A DNA stretch of 64,000 nucleotides from an uncultured Candidatus Poseidoniales archaeon (GCA_905182185.1 CAJJAP010000004.1:72178-136177), one strand, 5' to 3'; positions 20,803 through 31,939 are shown, counted from the stretch's first letter. Numbers and translations are program-made. Notes: generated by a model from the letters alone, not told the origin.

Positions 20803-22413
20803 GTGATAATGCACTGGGCAGATGTAGCGGCAAAATCGTTGTCGCATAGAGGCAATACTCATGTCATCTCAACTGGCATCACCCCAAGTGGTGAATTTCA
20901 CATTGGCCACTTAAGAGAAATACTAACTGGAGACATGTTAGCAAGAGCAGCGAGAGATGCTGGCCTTGATGTTGATTTCATATTTATTGTAGATTCAGCA
21001 GACCCGTTACGTAAAGTCTACAGTTTCCTAGGTCCAGAATTCGAACAATTCATTGGCCACCAAATTGGTGCGATACCAGCACCAAAAGAAGGCGATAATA
21101 ATCCTGATTGGCAGAGATTCAATGATGAAGGATGGACCTATGCAGACCATTTCCTAACCCCCTTCATGGAAGCATTGGCAGAAATTGGAGTAAGGCCACG
21201 AATCATAGATAATTTGAGTTCTTATCGAGACGGCAAGTTCGCAGAAATGACCAAAATCGCTTGTGATTCGGCCGAACAGATTAGAGAGATCATCGAAAGG
21301 ATATCAAGTAGAGAATTAGCAAGTGATTGGTTTCCATGGAGCCCGCTTGATAGCAAGCAATCTTTAGATGACGTAAAAGTCACTGGTTACGAATACCCAC
21401 TAGTTCACTGGCTAGATTCACATGGAGTTGAGGGTTCTTCAGATATTACAAAAGGGGAAGGAAAGTTACCTTGGAGAATCGATTGGCCAGCAAAATGGAG
21501 TTGGATTGGAGTCACTTGTGAAGCATTTGGCAAAGACCATGGCGCTGCAGGCGGTTCATATGCAACCGGCAGAGAAATCTCCACACTTCTAGGACACCAA
21601 CCGCCGCAGCCTCTGACCTATGAATGGATTAGTTTGCGTGGAAAGGGCGCAATGTCATCATCGGCTGGAAACACCATTGGTCCAATTGAAGCATTGCGCT
21701 TAGTACCTCCACAGATTCTAAGATTATTAATTGCCAATTCAAAACCTAATAAGGCTATAGAATTTGACACTGGAATGGGTCTAGTAACTTTAGCAGACGA
21801 GTTTGAAAGACTTTGCACTAGAGATTTTGATAATGAAATAAATGATGAAAATATCAGCCGCAGACAACTTGTTCAAGTAGAGGATGCAAAGGCAGCGCTA
21901 CGAATGTCTATGGTTGAGCCTGGAACGATAGCAAAAGCCACTTCAGTGTCATTTAGACATCTGGCACTATTGGCCCAAACCAAATCAAGCGACGATGCAA
22001 TCTGGCAGAGCCTAATCTCATCTGCAGTGATTACTGAGCCTACTAAGCAATTAGAAGATAGACTCGCCCGCATGAGGTATTGGATTGAGAGTGAACACTT
22101 CCCAGAAGAAATGAGGATCAGAATATTGTCCTCCCCTGATGAAAAGGCATTATCGCTACTGGATAGTGATGAGAAATCTGCTCTAAAAGGATTGACTACC
22201 GCCCTACATAATTGTCAATGGGATACTGAATCAATAGGCAGTGCAATACCACAATCTGCCAAGGACAATGACATAAGCCCAAGAAGCGCATACCGTGCTG
22301 CCTATGCTGCATTAATGGGCCTTGAAAGAGGGCCTCGCCTGGCTCCAATTCTGGCTGAGATGGATAGGATTGAGATCCTAAAACAATTAGATTCTTGTTG
22401 TGAATTCGATTAA
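20803..22413 (+). CDS. lysK: Class I lysyl-tRNA synthetase
   Basis: HWAD, GITPSG-FHIGHLRE, KLPWRIDWP, GKDH, AMSSSAGN, GPRL. Confidence 0.95.
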   Translation: MIMHWADVAAKSLSHRGNTHVISTGITPSGEFHIGHLREILTGDMLARAARDAGLDVDFIFIVDSADPLRKVYSFLGPEFEQFIGHQIGAIPAPKEGDNNPDWQRFNDEGWTYADHFLTPFMEALAEIGVRPRIIDNLSSYRDGKFAEMTKIACDSAEQIREIIERISSRELASDWFPWSPLDSKQSLDDVKVTGYEYPLVHWLDSHGVEGSSDITKGEGKLPWRIDWPAKWSWIGVTCEAFGKDHGAAGGSYATGREISTLLGHQPPQPLTYEWISLRGKGAMSSSAGNTIGPIEALRLVPPQILRLLIANSKPNKAIEFDTGMGLVTLADEFERLCTRDFDNEINDENISRRQLVQVEDAKAALRMSMVEPGTIAKATSVSFRHLALLAQTKSSDDAIWQSLISSAVITEPTKQLEDRLARMRYWIESEHFPEEMRIRILSSPDEKALSLLDSDEKSALKGLTTALHNCQWDTESIGSAIPQSAKDNDISPRSAYRAAYAALMGLERGPRLAPILAEMDRIEILKQLDSCCEFD

Positions 22414-22546
22414 TTATTTAGAAAGATTTACTAATTTCTAAGAAAGTTGTATACTATTGACGGCTTTTCGTTAGAAGTCAGTAACCTGCCCGCTTGTGTC
22501 GAAATCAGGCATACCCTTCAAATGTGGTGAAGTGTCTTCGCACACT

Positions 22547-23800
22547 ATGGCCGGCGTCTATTGTCCAACCTGTGAAGCAGGCGTTGAGGCGGCAGGAAAA
22601 TTCTGTTTGTCCTGCGGTCATGATTTGACCAGCCAAGGTCCAATCACTGCAACTGGGCATGATTTGAATCAACTGAAGGATGTAATTCGTATTCGCGATG
22701 ACCTTTCAATGGCTCAAAAATTCGATATGATCGCCAAAGTAGAGGAAGGTGCAAATCCGATTCTTATGGGAATCGCTGCGCCAGCAGAAGGTGATGAAAT
22801 TGACCTTACACTTGCTGAAGATGATGCAAATAGTTCCTCAAAGGCATTCGCAAACTATGAATGGGGTAAATCACCTGCCGCCAATGCTGCGGTTATGGCC
22901 GTTGTAAGAGATACCAATGGCTGGAATTTGATCCAATCAGGAAAATTGGATTTGAAAGAGGGCATGTTCAGAGAAGCAATGGACAATGGAATGGAAGCTT
23001 CCACACACATTCATGATGTTGCCAGTGGTGAACATGAAGGGATTGACCCCGATGCAATGCGAGCAATACCAGTCCTAAAACCACCAAAGAGAAGTTTCTG
23101 CCCTAAATGTGGTTCAGACATTCATGCAAATACGATGCTGCAGTGGAGAAAGTGGAGAGAATCTTCTAATGATGTTGTATCAATGCAACTTGAGGCTTCT
23201 ATGGAAACTGCTCTGATTCAAGTAGCATCTCACTATCTCGGAACATTGCAAATACTAACCGATGAGAGAGATGATGCAATTGCCCTATCTGGAAAGAATA
23301 ATCCTGCTGTGATTGAAGAAAAATTGCGAGTCAAATTAGAAAAAGAGATTCGTAAAGAATTAGAAAAGGAAATCCGCTCTGAAATGGAACAAGAATTTTC
23401 TGGAAGAGGTGCTGCAAGTTCTTCAAAATCAGAAACTAAGGGTGTAAGTGCTGGTAAATCATCTGGAACTTCCACCGCAAAGAAACCAACATCAGGTGGC
23501 ACCAAGAAGAAGACCGGTGGCGGCATGTTTGGTTCCAAGACCCCTAAGAAAACATACGAGGGTAAGGCTGCGGGCAAGGCTGATTGGTTCCTTTCTGATG
23601 CACTTGATACCGTTTACGACCCACATGGAACTGGGAAGACTATGAAGCCTGCAACAATTGTTGCCCGTTCAAGCGAGGGCAACGTTCGTGTTCGTGATGT
23701 TGTTAGAATCTATTCGGTTGAAGGAGAAGCGGGAATTAGTGAACTCGCTTGGACAAGTCCTCTAACCAAATATATCATCGAAGCATACGATGCTTGTTAA
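22547..23800 (+). CDS. Hypothetical protein with zinc ribbons, coiled coil and low-complexity linker
   Basis: CPTC...FCLSCG, FCPKCG, EKEIRKELEKEIR, S/G/K/T-rich linker. Confidence 0.7.
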   Translation: MAGVYCPTCEAGVEAAGKFCLSCGHDLTSQGPITATGHDLNQLKDVIRIRDDLSMAQKFDMIAKVEEGANPILMGIAAPAEGDEIDLTLAEDDANSSSKAFANYEWGKSPAANAAVMAVVRDTNGWNLIQSGKLDLKEGMFREAMDNGMEASTHIHDVASGEHEGIDPDAMRAIPVLKPPKRSFCPKCGSDIHANTMLQWRKWRESSNDVVSMQLEASMETALIQVASHYLGTLQILTDERDDAIALSGKNNPAVIEEKLRVKLEKEIRKELEKEIRSEMEQEFSGRGAASSSKSETKGVSAGKSSGTSTAKKPTSGGTKKKTGGGMFGSKTPKKTYEGKAAGKADWFLSDALDTVYDPHGTGKTMKPATIVARSSEGNVRVRDVVRIYSVEGEAGISELAWTSPLTKYIIEAYDAC

Positions 23801-23805
23801 ATAAA

Positions 23806-26800
23806 TCAATAGTGCACTTCTAGGCGCCTTGGTTCGAGATTATTCTCCAATCTCGCCTTCATTGCTGCAACTTCCATTACCGCACCACGCATTGTTGTGA
23901 CAAATGGTATATTCAATTCAACTGCTAAGCGTCGCATCATATTTCCATCTCGAACTGCTCCACCGGAGATGGTTGGCACATTTACAATGAAATTGACATC
24001 GCCTTTTCTCATTAAATCTAAGGAATCCGGATGCATTCTTTCTGCAATACGGTAGGATGTGGTAACAGGAATATTGGCTTTGCGCAATACATCTGCCGTA
24101 CCCGGTGTAGCGAAAATTGTGAAGTTGATATCTATCAGCGACTGTGCAATAGGGACCAGGGCTGCCTTATCTTCTTCCCTCACTGTAAGGTAAGCACCGC
24201 CTTCTGTAGCAACTGGAATCTCAGTTGCTAAACGGGCTTTGAGATATGCCAAGTCAGCCCTAATATCCGAGCCAAATACCTCTCCAGTTGATTTCATCTC
24301 AGGACCGGGAGCTGGATCTAATCCTCTTAACTTAATGAATGGGAAAACTGGTGCCTTGACACAAACGTGACCTGTTGTTCGCCGAGGTATTTCCTGTTGT
24401 GACAATGGAATACCGATTGTGATTCTTGCAGCGATTCTTGCCATTGGTAAACCAGTGGATTTAGCAACGAATGGAACTGTTCTAGAAGAACGTGGATTGA
24501 CTTCCAAACAGTATAAGTTATCGCCCTGAATTGCAAATTGAATATTATAGCAACCCTTTATCTTTAGTTTCAAACCAATAATTCTTGTTTGCTCATCGAC
24601 TCTCTTGAGCATTTCTTGCGAAATATTCTGTGTCGGGATGAAACAAGTGGAATCACCTGAATGAATCCCTGCTTGTTCTAAATGTTCCATTATAGCACCG
24701 ACCAGAACTTGTTCACCATCAGCAGCAGCATCAACATCAAGTTCAGTCGCATGACCAAGATACTCATCGATTAGCAATGGTTTGTCTGGAGCCAAGTAAG
24801 CCTCTTCCAAGTAAGCATCAACTTGCTTGTCGTTTGAGAGAATTTCCATTCCTCTCCCGCCAAGAACATACGATGGTCGAATCAATACTGGGAAGCCAAT
24901 ATTTTTGACAGCATCGCGTACATCATCGGCTGTAGTTCCTGTTTGTCCACGTGGCATCCGTATCCCATTACGCTTAGCAAACTTCTCAAATCGATCTCTA
25001 TCACTTGCTTCATCAATCGCATCACATGATGTACCCATTATATTCAATTCTAGCCCCAGTGTTTCCAGATGTGGCATTCTTTGTTGTAATGGTTCTGCCA
25101 AATTAATTGCAGTTTGTCCACCAAATTGTAGCAAAATCCCATGTGCATTCTCACGCAATAAGATTTCAGAGACATATTCTAGGGTTAAAGGTTCAAAGTA
25201 GAGCCGGTCGGAGGTATCAAAATCTGTAGATACTGTTTCAGGGTTATTATTTATCAATATTGCATCGTGACCTGCTTCACGAATCGCCTTAACTGCGTGT
25301 ACGCAGCCATAATCAAATTCAATACCTTGTCCAATTCTAATCGGTCCTGAACCGATAGCAACCAATCTCTGCTTTGTTCTATTTTCCAAATCGGATAACT
25401 TATCTATCCCTAACTCGTCATTAATTTCATATGTGGAATAATAATAAGGGGTTTTAGCTGCAAATTCAGCAGCACAAGAATCGACCATCCTGTATTTCGG
25501 ATGTAGCCCTAGTTCGTGACGGCGCAGCATTACCGCCTGCTCATTATGGCTACTTGGCAGTGATTTCGGACCCGATGCTGGGAAATTGGCTAATGCATCT
25601 GCGATATGAGCATCGCTAAATCCGTAACTTTTCCAGTTTCTAATTTGGCTATACTCTAATTGGCTTGGAGAAGATTCAGTTGCAGATATTTCTGCTTCCA
25701 TTTGAGCAATATTCTCAAAGCGATAAAGGAACCATCTAGTGATTCTAGTAATCTCATGAACTTTCTCTACGCTCCAGCCACGTCTAAAGGCTTCAATTAA
25801 CGCACCCATTCTTCTATCTGTTGCAACTCTGCACCATTCTACAAGAAGACTATCAGGAAGTGTTTCCAAAGCTCTTGAAGCCATGCCTTCTCCTTCTGAT
25901 TCATCTGCTCTAGTCAGAGGTCTTGGATGCGCATAACCTTGCTCAAGGCTGGCCCAAGCCTTGAGGAAAGCCTCCTCAAAGTTGCGTCCTATTGCCATTA
26001 CTTCTCCAGTTGACTTCATGCTTGTACCCAGCGTCCTATCCGCGGTTCGGAATTTATCAAATGGCCAACGAGGAATCTTAACAACACAATAATCAAGAGT
26101 TGGTTCAAAAGCAGCAGTTGTCCCCTCTCCAGTAATCGGATTTGGTAATTCATCAAGGGTATAACCTACCGCAATTTTCGCACCCATGCGAGCAATTGGA
26201 TATCCAGTTGCTTTACTGGCAAGTGCTGAGGAACGTGAAACGCGAGGATTAACTTCGATTACTCTAATTTCACCAGTAGATTGGTTGAAAGCAAATTGAA
26301 CATTACAACCACCCTTGATATTCAATGCCCGAATTAATTTAAGTGCTTGATCTCGCAATATTTGGTGGTCTGCATCACTGAATGATTGAAGTGGTGCAAC
26401 CACGGTTGATTCTCCAGTATGAACTCCCATTGGGTCAATGTTTTCCATCGTGCAAACGATGATTGCATTATCCGCATCATCTCTCATCACCTCATATTCT
26501 AATTCTTGCCATCCAAGAATTGATTCCTCAATAAGAACTTGACTTATTCTTGAATTTCTAAGACCCAAAGTAGCGATTTCCACTAATTGTCCCATGTCCC
26601 AAGCAGTTCCTCCACCAAGCCCACCTAGAGTAAATGCAGGTCGTATCAAAATCGGCCAAGATGCTAATTGTTCTGCTGCTGCAATAACTTCATCCATAGT
26701 AGTACAGGCGATAGCCTCACTCAATGGCAAACCTATAGACTCGCATACATCATTGAATAATTGTCTATCTTCTGCTTTATCGATTGCATCTAAATCTGAA

Positions 26801-27150
26801 CCAATTAACTCAATACCCAATTCTTCCAAAGTACCATTATGTGCTAGTTCACTAGCAATATTTAGAGCGGTTTGTCCACCCATTCCGGCCAATAATGCAC
26901 AAGGCCTCTCAATTTCCATAATTCTCTTTATTGTTTCTGGTAGCAGAGGTTCGATGTAGACTACATCTGCCATCTCCGGATCATTTTGAATTGTTGCTGG
27001 ATTAGAATTAACCAAAATCACTCGATATCCGTCCTCTCGTAATGCCTTTACTGCTTGACTCCCCGAGAAATCAAACTCTGCAGCCTGACCAATTTTAATC
27101 GGACCGCTACCGAGAACGAGAATCGTTTCTATATCATCTCGCCTTGGCAT
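23806..27150 (-). CDS. carB: Carbamoyl-phosphate synthase large subunit
   Basis: MPRRDDI, GSGPIKIGQAAEFDFSG, NSNPAT, EVNPRVSRSSALASKATG, duplicated ATP-grasp, MGS domain. Confidence 0.98.
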   Translation of the reverse strand: MPRRDDIETILVLGSGPIKIGQAAEFDFSGSQAVKALREDGYRVILVNSNPATIQNDPEMADVVYIEPLLPETIKRIMEIERPCALLAGMGGQTALNIASELAHNGTLEELGIELIGSDLDAIDKAEDRQLFNDVCESIGLPLSEAIACTTMDEVIAAAEQLASWPILIRPAFTLGGLGGGTAWDMGQLVEIATLGLRNSRISQVLIEESILGWQELEYEVMRDDADNAIIVCTMENIDPMGVHTGESTVVAPLQSFSDADHQILRDQALKLIRALNIKGGCNVQFAFNQSTGEIRVIEVNPRVSRSSALASKATGYPIARMGAKIAVGYTLDELPNPITGEGTTAAFEPTLDYCVVKIPRWPFDKFRTADRTLGTSMKSTGEVMAIGRNFEEAFLKAWASLEQGYAHPRPLTRADESEGEGMASRALETLPDSLLVEWCRVATDRRMGALIEAFRRGWSVEKVHEITRITRWFLYRFENIAQMEAEISATESSPSQLEYSQIRNWKSYGFSDAHIADALANFPASGPKSLPSSHNEQAVMLRRHELGLHPKYRMVDSCAAEFAAKTPYYYSTYEINDELGIDKLSDLENRTKQRLVAIGSGPIRIGQGIEFDYGCVHAVKAIREAGHDAILINNNPETVSTDFDTSDRLYFEPLTLEYVSEILLRENAHGILLQFGGQTAINLAEPLQQRMPHLETLGLELNIMGTSCDAIDEASDRDRFEKFAKRNGIRMPRGQTGTTADDVRDAVKNIGFPVLIRPSYVLGGRGMEILSNDKQVDAYLEEAYLAPDKPLLIDEYLGHATELDVDAAADGEQVLVGAIMEHLEQAGIHSGDSTCFIPTQNISQEMLKRVDEQTRIIGLKLKIKGCYNIQFAIQGDNLYCLEVNPRSSRTVPFVAKSTGLPMARIAARITIGIPLSQQEIPRRTTGHVCVKAPVFPFIKLRGLDPAPGPEMKSTGEVFGSDIRADLAYLKARLATEIPVATEGGAYLTVREEDKAALVPIAQSLIDINFTIFATPGTADVLRKANIPVTTSYRIAERMHPDSLDLMRKGDVNFIVNVPTISGGAVRDGNMMRRLAVELNIPFVTTMRGAVMEVAAMKARLENNLEPRRLEVHY

Positions 27151-28457
27151 TACAATCCACCTCCCAAATGAGAATCAACTATTTCTCTAAAGCGTAGAAA
27201 TAATGGTGCTGCATCATTAGGACCAGGGCATGCTTCAGGATGAAATTGGACTGTAAATGAGGGGTGGTCTACGATATCCAACCCCTCAACAGTTCTGTCA
27301 TTAGCATTGACATAGCGAACTTTTACCTCTGCACCATGCTGGTTTTCAACCAACTGCGAACAGGCTCCACTTGGATGAGCTGCTAACATCCCGGAGTCGG
27401 GGTCAGCGACTGCAAAGCCATGGTTTTGGCTGGTTATCAAAACAGTACCATCTGCTAAGTCGATTACCGGTTGGTTAGCACCACGGTGTCCATATCTCAT
27501 TTTGTAGGTCTGTAAACCAGAAGCAAGTCCCATTAGTTGATGACCTAAACAAATTCCCATAACAGGCATATGGTCCCTTACAGCAGCGGCAAGGGTATTC
27601 TTAGCATCACTTGCCATCCCACTATGAGCAGGGTCTCCTGGGCCATTTGAGCAGAATAATGCATCGATTTGATAATTATTTTTCAAAGTGTTAAAATCTG
27701 TATTAGGTGGACACCAAACAACCTCAAAGTGACGGCAAAGGTTTCTCAAAATATTGTACTTAATCCCGCAATCCAAGGCACCAAGACGTGGCAGTGGCCG
27801 GTTTAACTCATCGACTGCACCCTCATTGAGAATAACAGGTGAGTTGATTGAGACTTCATCGACAAGGTCTTCCAAATCCGGAGAGGTCAATTGTTGTAAT
27901 CTCACATTGAGTTGTTGTTCCGCATCTTTGGGTCCAAATACGCACAGCACAGTTCCAAGTTCCCTAACTCTGCGAGTAATAGATCTAGTATCAATGCCCT
28001 CGATCCCAGGAACTCCATGCAACCTCATCAAGTCTCCAATAGTTGCAATCGAATCGCGATGGTCTGGCTGAGTCATTGCATGGCGGACCACAACTCCACG
28101 TGGCCATACACTTGATGATTCAGACTTTCCTTGATGAATACCATAATTTCCAATCAATGGGTAAGTGAAGGTTAGTACTTGTCCAGCGAATGATGGGTCT
28201 GTCAATGATTCTTGATACCCCATCATTCCAGTTGTAAATACCAATTCACCTTCGCCATGTTTTTCTGCACCGAAAAGTGAACCCTCATAACGGCCACCAT
28301 CTGCGGTTAATAGAATTCCATCACCGTTTGCAGAAGGTGGTAATTCATCGCCTAAAACCAGTCCATCTGCGGCATCAAAAAACGTAGGAGTAGTGCCAAC
28401 TCCGCGGCTTCTAGAGCCAGGGGAGAAACTGCCGTACTGCGAACCGTCTTTCGACAT
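27150..28457 (-). CDS. carA: Carbamoyl-phosphate synthase small subunit
   Basis: GELVFTTGMMGYQESLTDPS, SNGPGDP, GICLGHQ, SQNHG, QFHPE. Confidence 0.97.
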   Translation of the reverse strand: MSKDGSQYGSFSPGSRSRGVGTTPTFFDAADGLVLGDELPPSANGDGILLTADGGRYEGSLFGAEKHGEGELVFTTGMMGYQESLTDPSFAGQVLTFTYPLIGNYGIHQGKSESSSVWPRGVVVRHAMTQPDHRDSIATIGDLMRLHGVPGIEGIDTRSITRRVRELGTVLCVFGPKDAEQQLNVRLQQLTSPDLEDLVDEVSINSPVILNEGAVDELNRPLPRLGALDCGIKYNILRNLCRHFEVVWCPPNTDFNTLKNNYQIDALFCSNGPGDPAHSGMASDAKNTLAAAVRDHMPVMGICLGHQLMGLASGLQTYKMRYGHRGANQPVIDLADGTVLITSQNHGFAVADPDSGMLAAHPSGACSQLVENQHGAEVKVRYVNANDRTVEGLDIVDHPSFTVQFHPEACPGPNDAAPLFLRFREIVDSHLGGGL

Positions 28458-28578
28458 CAACTTTGGTCGTTACCGGCGACTCATAATCATTAGGTATGAG
28501 ATACATAGATTATCAAGCAACATGCATTGAACTATTACAAAGTAATAATAGCGCTTAGCACTATGAGTAAGAATCTAC

Positions 28579-29148
28579 TCACTCTTCTTCTTGGCGGTCT
28601 AAATCTATAACGTTCTTGCCATCGGGCGATGGTTCAATTACCAAGCGGGCATTATCAAAATTTCTTTCGCTTGCAGCCTCTCCATACCACGCATCAAGAA
28701 AGAGCGCTAAAGCGGCTACTTCTGAATGTGGTTGATTTCCAACTGCAACATTATATTGTGATAATTTGTATACATCCCCTGGGACTTTAGCACCACCAAC
28801 AATTATTGCCACTGGTCTATCTCTTCTAATTCGAGGAATCGCCTCCCTAAATGGTTCACCATACATGGTTAGATGGATCGCAACTCCAGGTTCTCCATCA
28901 CCCGCATCTTCCGATACAAATCTTCGAAGCCAACTCATTGGACTCTTGATATGCTCACATTGCATATCGCCACCAAAACGGGTATTGACTGATTTAACAT
29001 TATCAAACATCTTAGCATCATCATCGCCAGCGAGTAGGAATCTATCTGCACCAAGCGCCCTTCCAACAAGTGCTAGATGAGTGGTTATGCGCGGGTCACG
29101 TCCTCTGCGATAACCTAAGCGCAAAATATCAAGTCGCTCACCTGCCAT
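28579..29148 (-). CDS. trm56: tRNA (cytidine56-2'-O)-methyltransferase aTrm56
   Basis: LRLGYR-RDPRITTH-LVGRALGA, HLTMYG, VGGAKVP, NVAVGNQPHSEVAALA. Confidence 0.93.
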   Translation of the reverse strand: MAGERLDILRLGYRRGRDPRITTHLALVGRALGADRFLLAGDDDAKMFDNVKSVNTRFGGDMQCEHIKSPMSWLRRFVSEDAGDGEPGVAIHLTMYGEPFREAIPRIRRDRPVAIIVGGAKVPGDVYKLSQYNVAVGNQPHSEVAALALFLDAWYGEAASERNFDNARLVIEPSPDGKNVIDLDRQEEE

Positions 29149-29185
29149 GCCGCAAGCCAACAATCAGCCCTTCAAGAGGATGCCG

Positions 29186-29842
29186 TCACAACAATTCTGC
29201 CAATACATCAGCATCCCCAGTCATCTCTTGAGGTTTTTCCTGATTGTTTGATTGAATATCAATTCCTTTAGCATCACAGAATTGTTTGAGCCACAGTAGT
29301 AATGCTGAATCTACTAATAATTTTGCTCCGATTGTAACACCAACCCATAAAATGACCAATCTAATTGACCTGAATAGTCCTTCTTCCAAGTCAAAATCAT
29401 TTGGCCATATACCGTTAATTAGTGGTTCAAAGACATAGAGTACGCTGAATATTATCATGCCACCAGAAATGAATGAAGGTGCTAATAACCCAAGTTCTCT
29501 GCTAAAATCTTTAAGAATTGAGGACATTAGGGCTAATCCAATAACGATAAGGGCAACTTCTGAGAAGTTAAATGCAAAGAACTTGGAAACTCCAACATCT
29601 AAATTATCGGTCACAGAATGTACTGACAACCACCAAAAGACCACCATTAAAGTAACCAATCCGCCTCCGAATGACCCTTTTTTAGAGATCATTTCTCTCA
29701 ATGCACCTCGGTTTTCTGGACTCAATCTTTCAATCAAACGGTTGGCCAATTCGAGATTGGATTCACTGGGCTCATCTACCTCATGAGTGGAGGGAATATG
29801 TGCTCTATCCTCAAATTCCAATACTTCGGCCTCTTCGGACAT
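29186..29842 (-). CDS. Hypothetical membrane protein
   Basis: About four hydrophobic segments with acidic termini. Confidence 0.65.
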   Translation of the reverse strand: MSEEAEVLEFEDRAHIPSTHEVDEPSESNLELANRLIERLSPENRGALREMISKKGSFGGGLVTLMVVFWWLSVHSVTDNLDVGVSKFFAFNFSEVALIVIGLALMSSILKDFSRELGLLAPSFISGGMIIFSVLYVFEPLINGIWPNDFDLEEGLFRSIRLVILWVGVTIGAKLLVDSALLLWLKQFCDAKGIDIQSNNQEKPQEMTGDADVLAELL

Positions 29843-29895
29843 ACGGAGTGCTTCACCGTCACATCTTATGAAACCTGCCGCGCTGGCCTTGACTG

Positions 29896-30760
29896 ATGAG
29901 GCGTGACTCTAGACCCAATGATTCACGCCGAGAGGGCGTTTCTGCGGCTTTACGCAGAAATGATGAAGACTCATGCATAATAATGGGAATTCTCAATATC
30001 ACACCCGATTCCTTTCATGCTGCCTCAAGACAAGACAGTCTAGATAGCGCTATTGAAAATGGATTGCGAATGTGGAAACAGGGTGCAACTTGGGTTGATG
30101 TTGGTGGTGAATCAACAAGGCCCAATGCTGAAACGGTTTCACTGCAGGAAGAACTTGACAGGGTAATTCCTGTAATTAGTGGACTTAGGCAAGCAAATCC
30201 AGACGGGTTGATTTCTATTGACACAAGAAGGCCAGAAGTCGCACGACAAGCGATTCAAGCAGGTGCCGATATGATAAATGATGTATCTGGCCTACGTGAT
30301 CCTGAAATGATTGAAGTTGTTCTTAACAGCGGTTGTGCTATTTGCATTATGCACATGCAAGGTGAACCAAGTAACATGCAAGCAAACCCGAACTACCAAA
30401 ACTGTAGCCAAGAAGTTTCAGAGAACTTGAAAGAAATCGCCAACGCATTGATCATGGCTGGACATTCACGAACAGTTGATCTGTGTGGACCCTGGCATCG
30501 GCTTTGGGAAAACTCTGCAGCATAATGTGGAATTACTTCAAAACCATGAAATGTTTCGTGGAGTCAATAACTATTCCATCTTATGGGGTGTTTCAAGAAA
30601 ATCAATGATATCCCAATTAACTGGAAAAACAAATTCAGATGACAGGTTGCCTGGAACTCTTGCCATTGCAGCATTTGCCCATAATGAAGGCATAGATATT
30701 CTACGTGTTCATGATGTAGAAGAGCACATTGATTTACTCAAAGTTCTCAATAATTTGTGA
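29896..30760 (+). CDS. folP: Dihydropteroate synthase (apparent +1 insertion near 30470)
   Basis: MGILNITPDSF, DVGGESTRP, SIDT, INDVSG, MHMQG, then VDPGIGFGK, GVSRKS, RVHDV in the next frame. Confidence 0.93.
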
Positions 30761-30761
30761 A

Positions 30762-31925
30762 TTACAATCCGAATCCACCGAGCAATCCTGCCGCAGCCAC
30801 CCATGCACCGGCCATACTACCAAGATTGGTCAGTGCTGTGACCAGCAAAACTCTACCAGCTTTATTTGACCAAAACATTCCAAGATTATCTAGTTTTAAG
30901 AAATCTGCTAAATCCTCTGCGCTAGGTTCTGCCATTTTCAATTGCACATATCCTGCGAACCAACCCGCTGCTAATGCTGGATTCAATGAAGTGATCGGGG
31001 AGGCGAGTGCTGCAGTCAGTATTGCCAATGGATGGCCTCTTGCAAGAATACATCCAATTGCGGCAAAAATAGCGTTTGCCGCAGTCCATACTGTGAAAAA
31101 TTGAACCAAGTCAATATCGGTGCCAGTGGACAAATAATAGGCCATTAATCCCATTACCAGCATTGGTATCGCCCATGGCATTACCTTCATAGCGAATGTT
31201 TTTCGAGGAAGATTTTGTAATTGTTTTATTCGATTAATGTCACATTTATTCTCAACTAAGTACTCCTTAATACCCGCTAGATGACCTGCACCAACTACTG
31301 CCAAAACCTTCTTTTCCGAGTTTAGAGCAGATATTTTTGTTGCTAAGTATTCATCTCTTTCATCGATTAAGACTTTACCAGCACCTGGAGAAAAACCTCT
31401 CAATTCCTCCATCAACGAGGATAACAAATCACTATCATCAAGAAGTGTGTTGACATCAGGGGCTTCTTCTTCATCATCATCTTGACCCAACAACGATTTC
31501 AAAACTCTAAACTTTTCGATGAATCGCATATTCTTCCATGCTCTTCGCAATGTTACTTGGATATCCCTATCAACCAATGCAACTTCTAAGCCGGCTGCTT
31601 TTGCTTCTTCGACTGCAGCAATCAATTCCGCACCTGGTTGCTGGCCTTCATCCAAGCCAAGTTTTCTCTGCTCAGCAGCCAATAGTGACTGAATTAGGAC
31701 TAGAGGTGCCTTGCCTTCTTTGACGACTTTGAGTAAACCTTCTTTGTCCAATCTGCGGTCACTGGTCAAAGCCTCATGTCTTGATTTGCATAATTCCACA
31801 GCGACTATATCTGGCTGATATTCAGCGATATGATGCCTTACCGCTTCTACACTCGCCGTAGCAACGTGAGCAGTTCCTAGAATTCGGAGGTTGGGACTTA
31901 TATCAATAAATGGTGAAGTAGTCAT
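30762..31925 (-). CDS. TraB/GumN (pheromone-shutdown) family protein
   Basis: LGTAHV, VAVELC-SR, PGAEL, LVDRDIQVTLRRAW, LIDERD, VVGAGH, C-terminal TM helices. Confidence 0.9.
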   Translation of the reverse strand: MTTSPFIDISPNLRILGTAHVATASVEAVRHHIAEYQPDIVAVELCKSRHEALTSDRRLDKEGLLKVVKEGKAPLVLIQSLLAAEQRKLGLDEGQQPGAELIAAVEEAKAAGLEVALVDRDIQVTLRRAWKNMRFIEKFRVLKSLLGQDDDEEEAPDVNTLLDDSDLLSSLMEELRGFSPGAGKVLIDERDEYLATKISALNSEKKVLAVVGAGHLAGIKEYLVENKCDINRIKQLQNLPRKTFAMKVMPWAIPMLVMGLMAYYLSTGTDIDLVQFFTVWTAANAIFAAIGCILARGHPLAILTAALASPITSLNPALAAGWFAGYVQLKMAEPSAEDLADFLKLDNLGMFWSNKAGRVLLVTALTNLGSMAGAWVAAAGLLGGFGL

Positions 31926-31939
31926 TCAATCCCTCCGAT

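Noticed and set aside
30762..31925. Conjugation system suggested by the name TraB
   Set aside because: This is the widespread TraB/GumN family, and no transfer genes are nearby.
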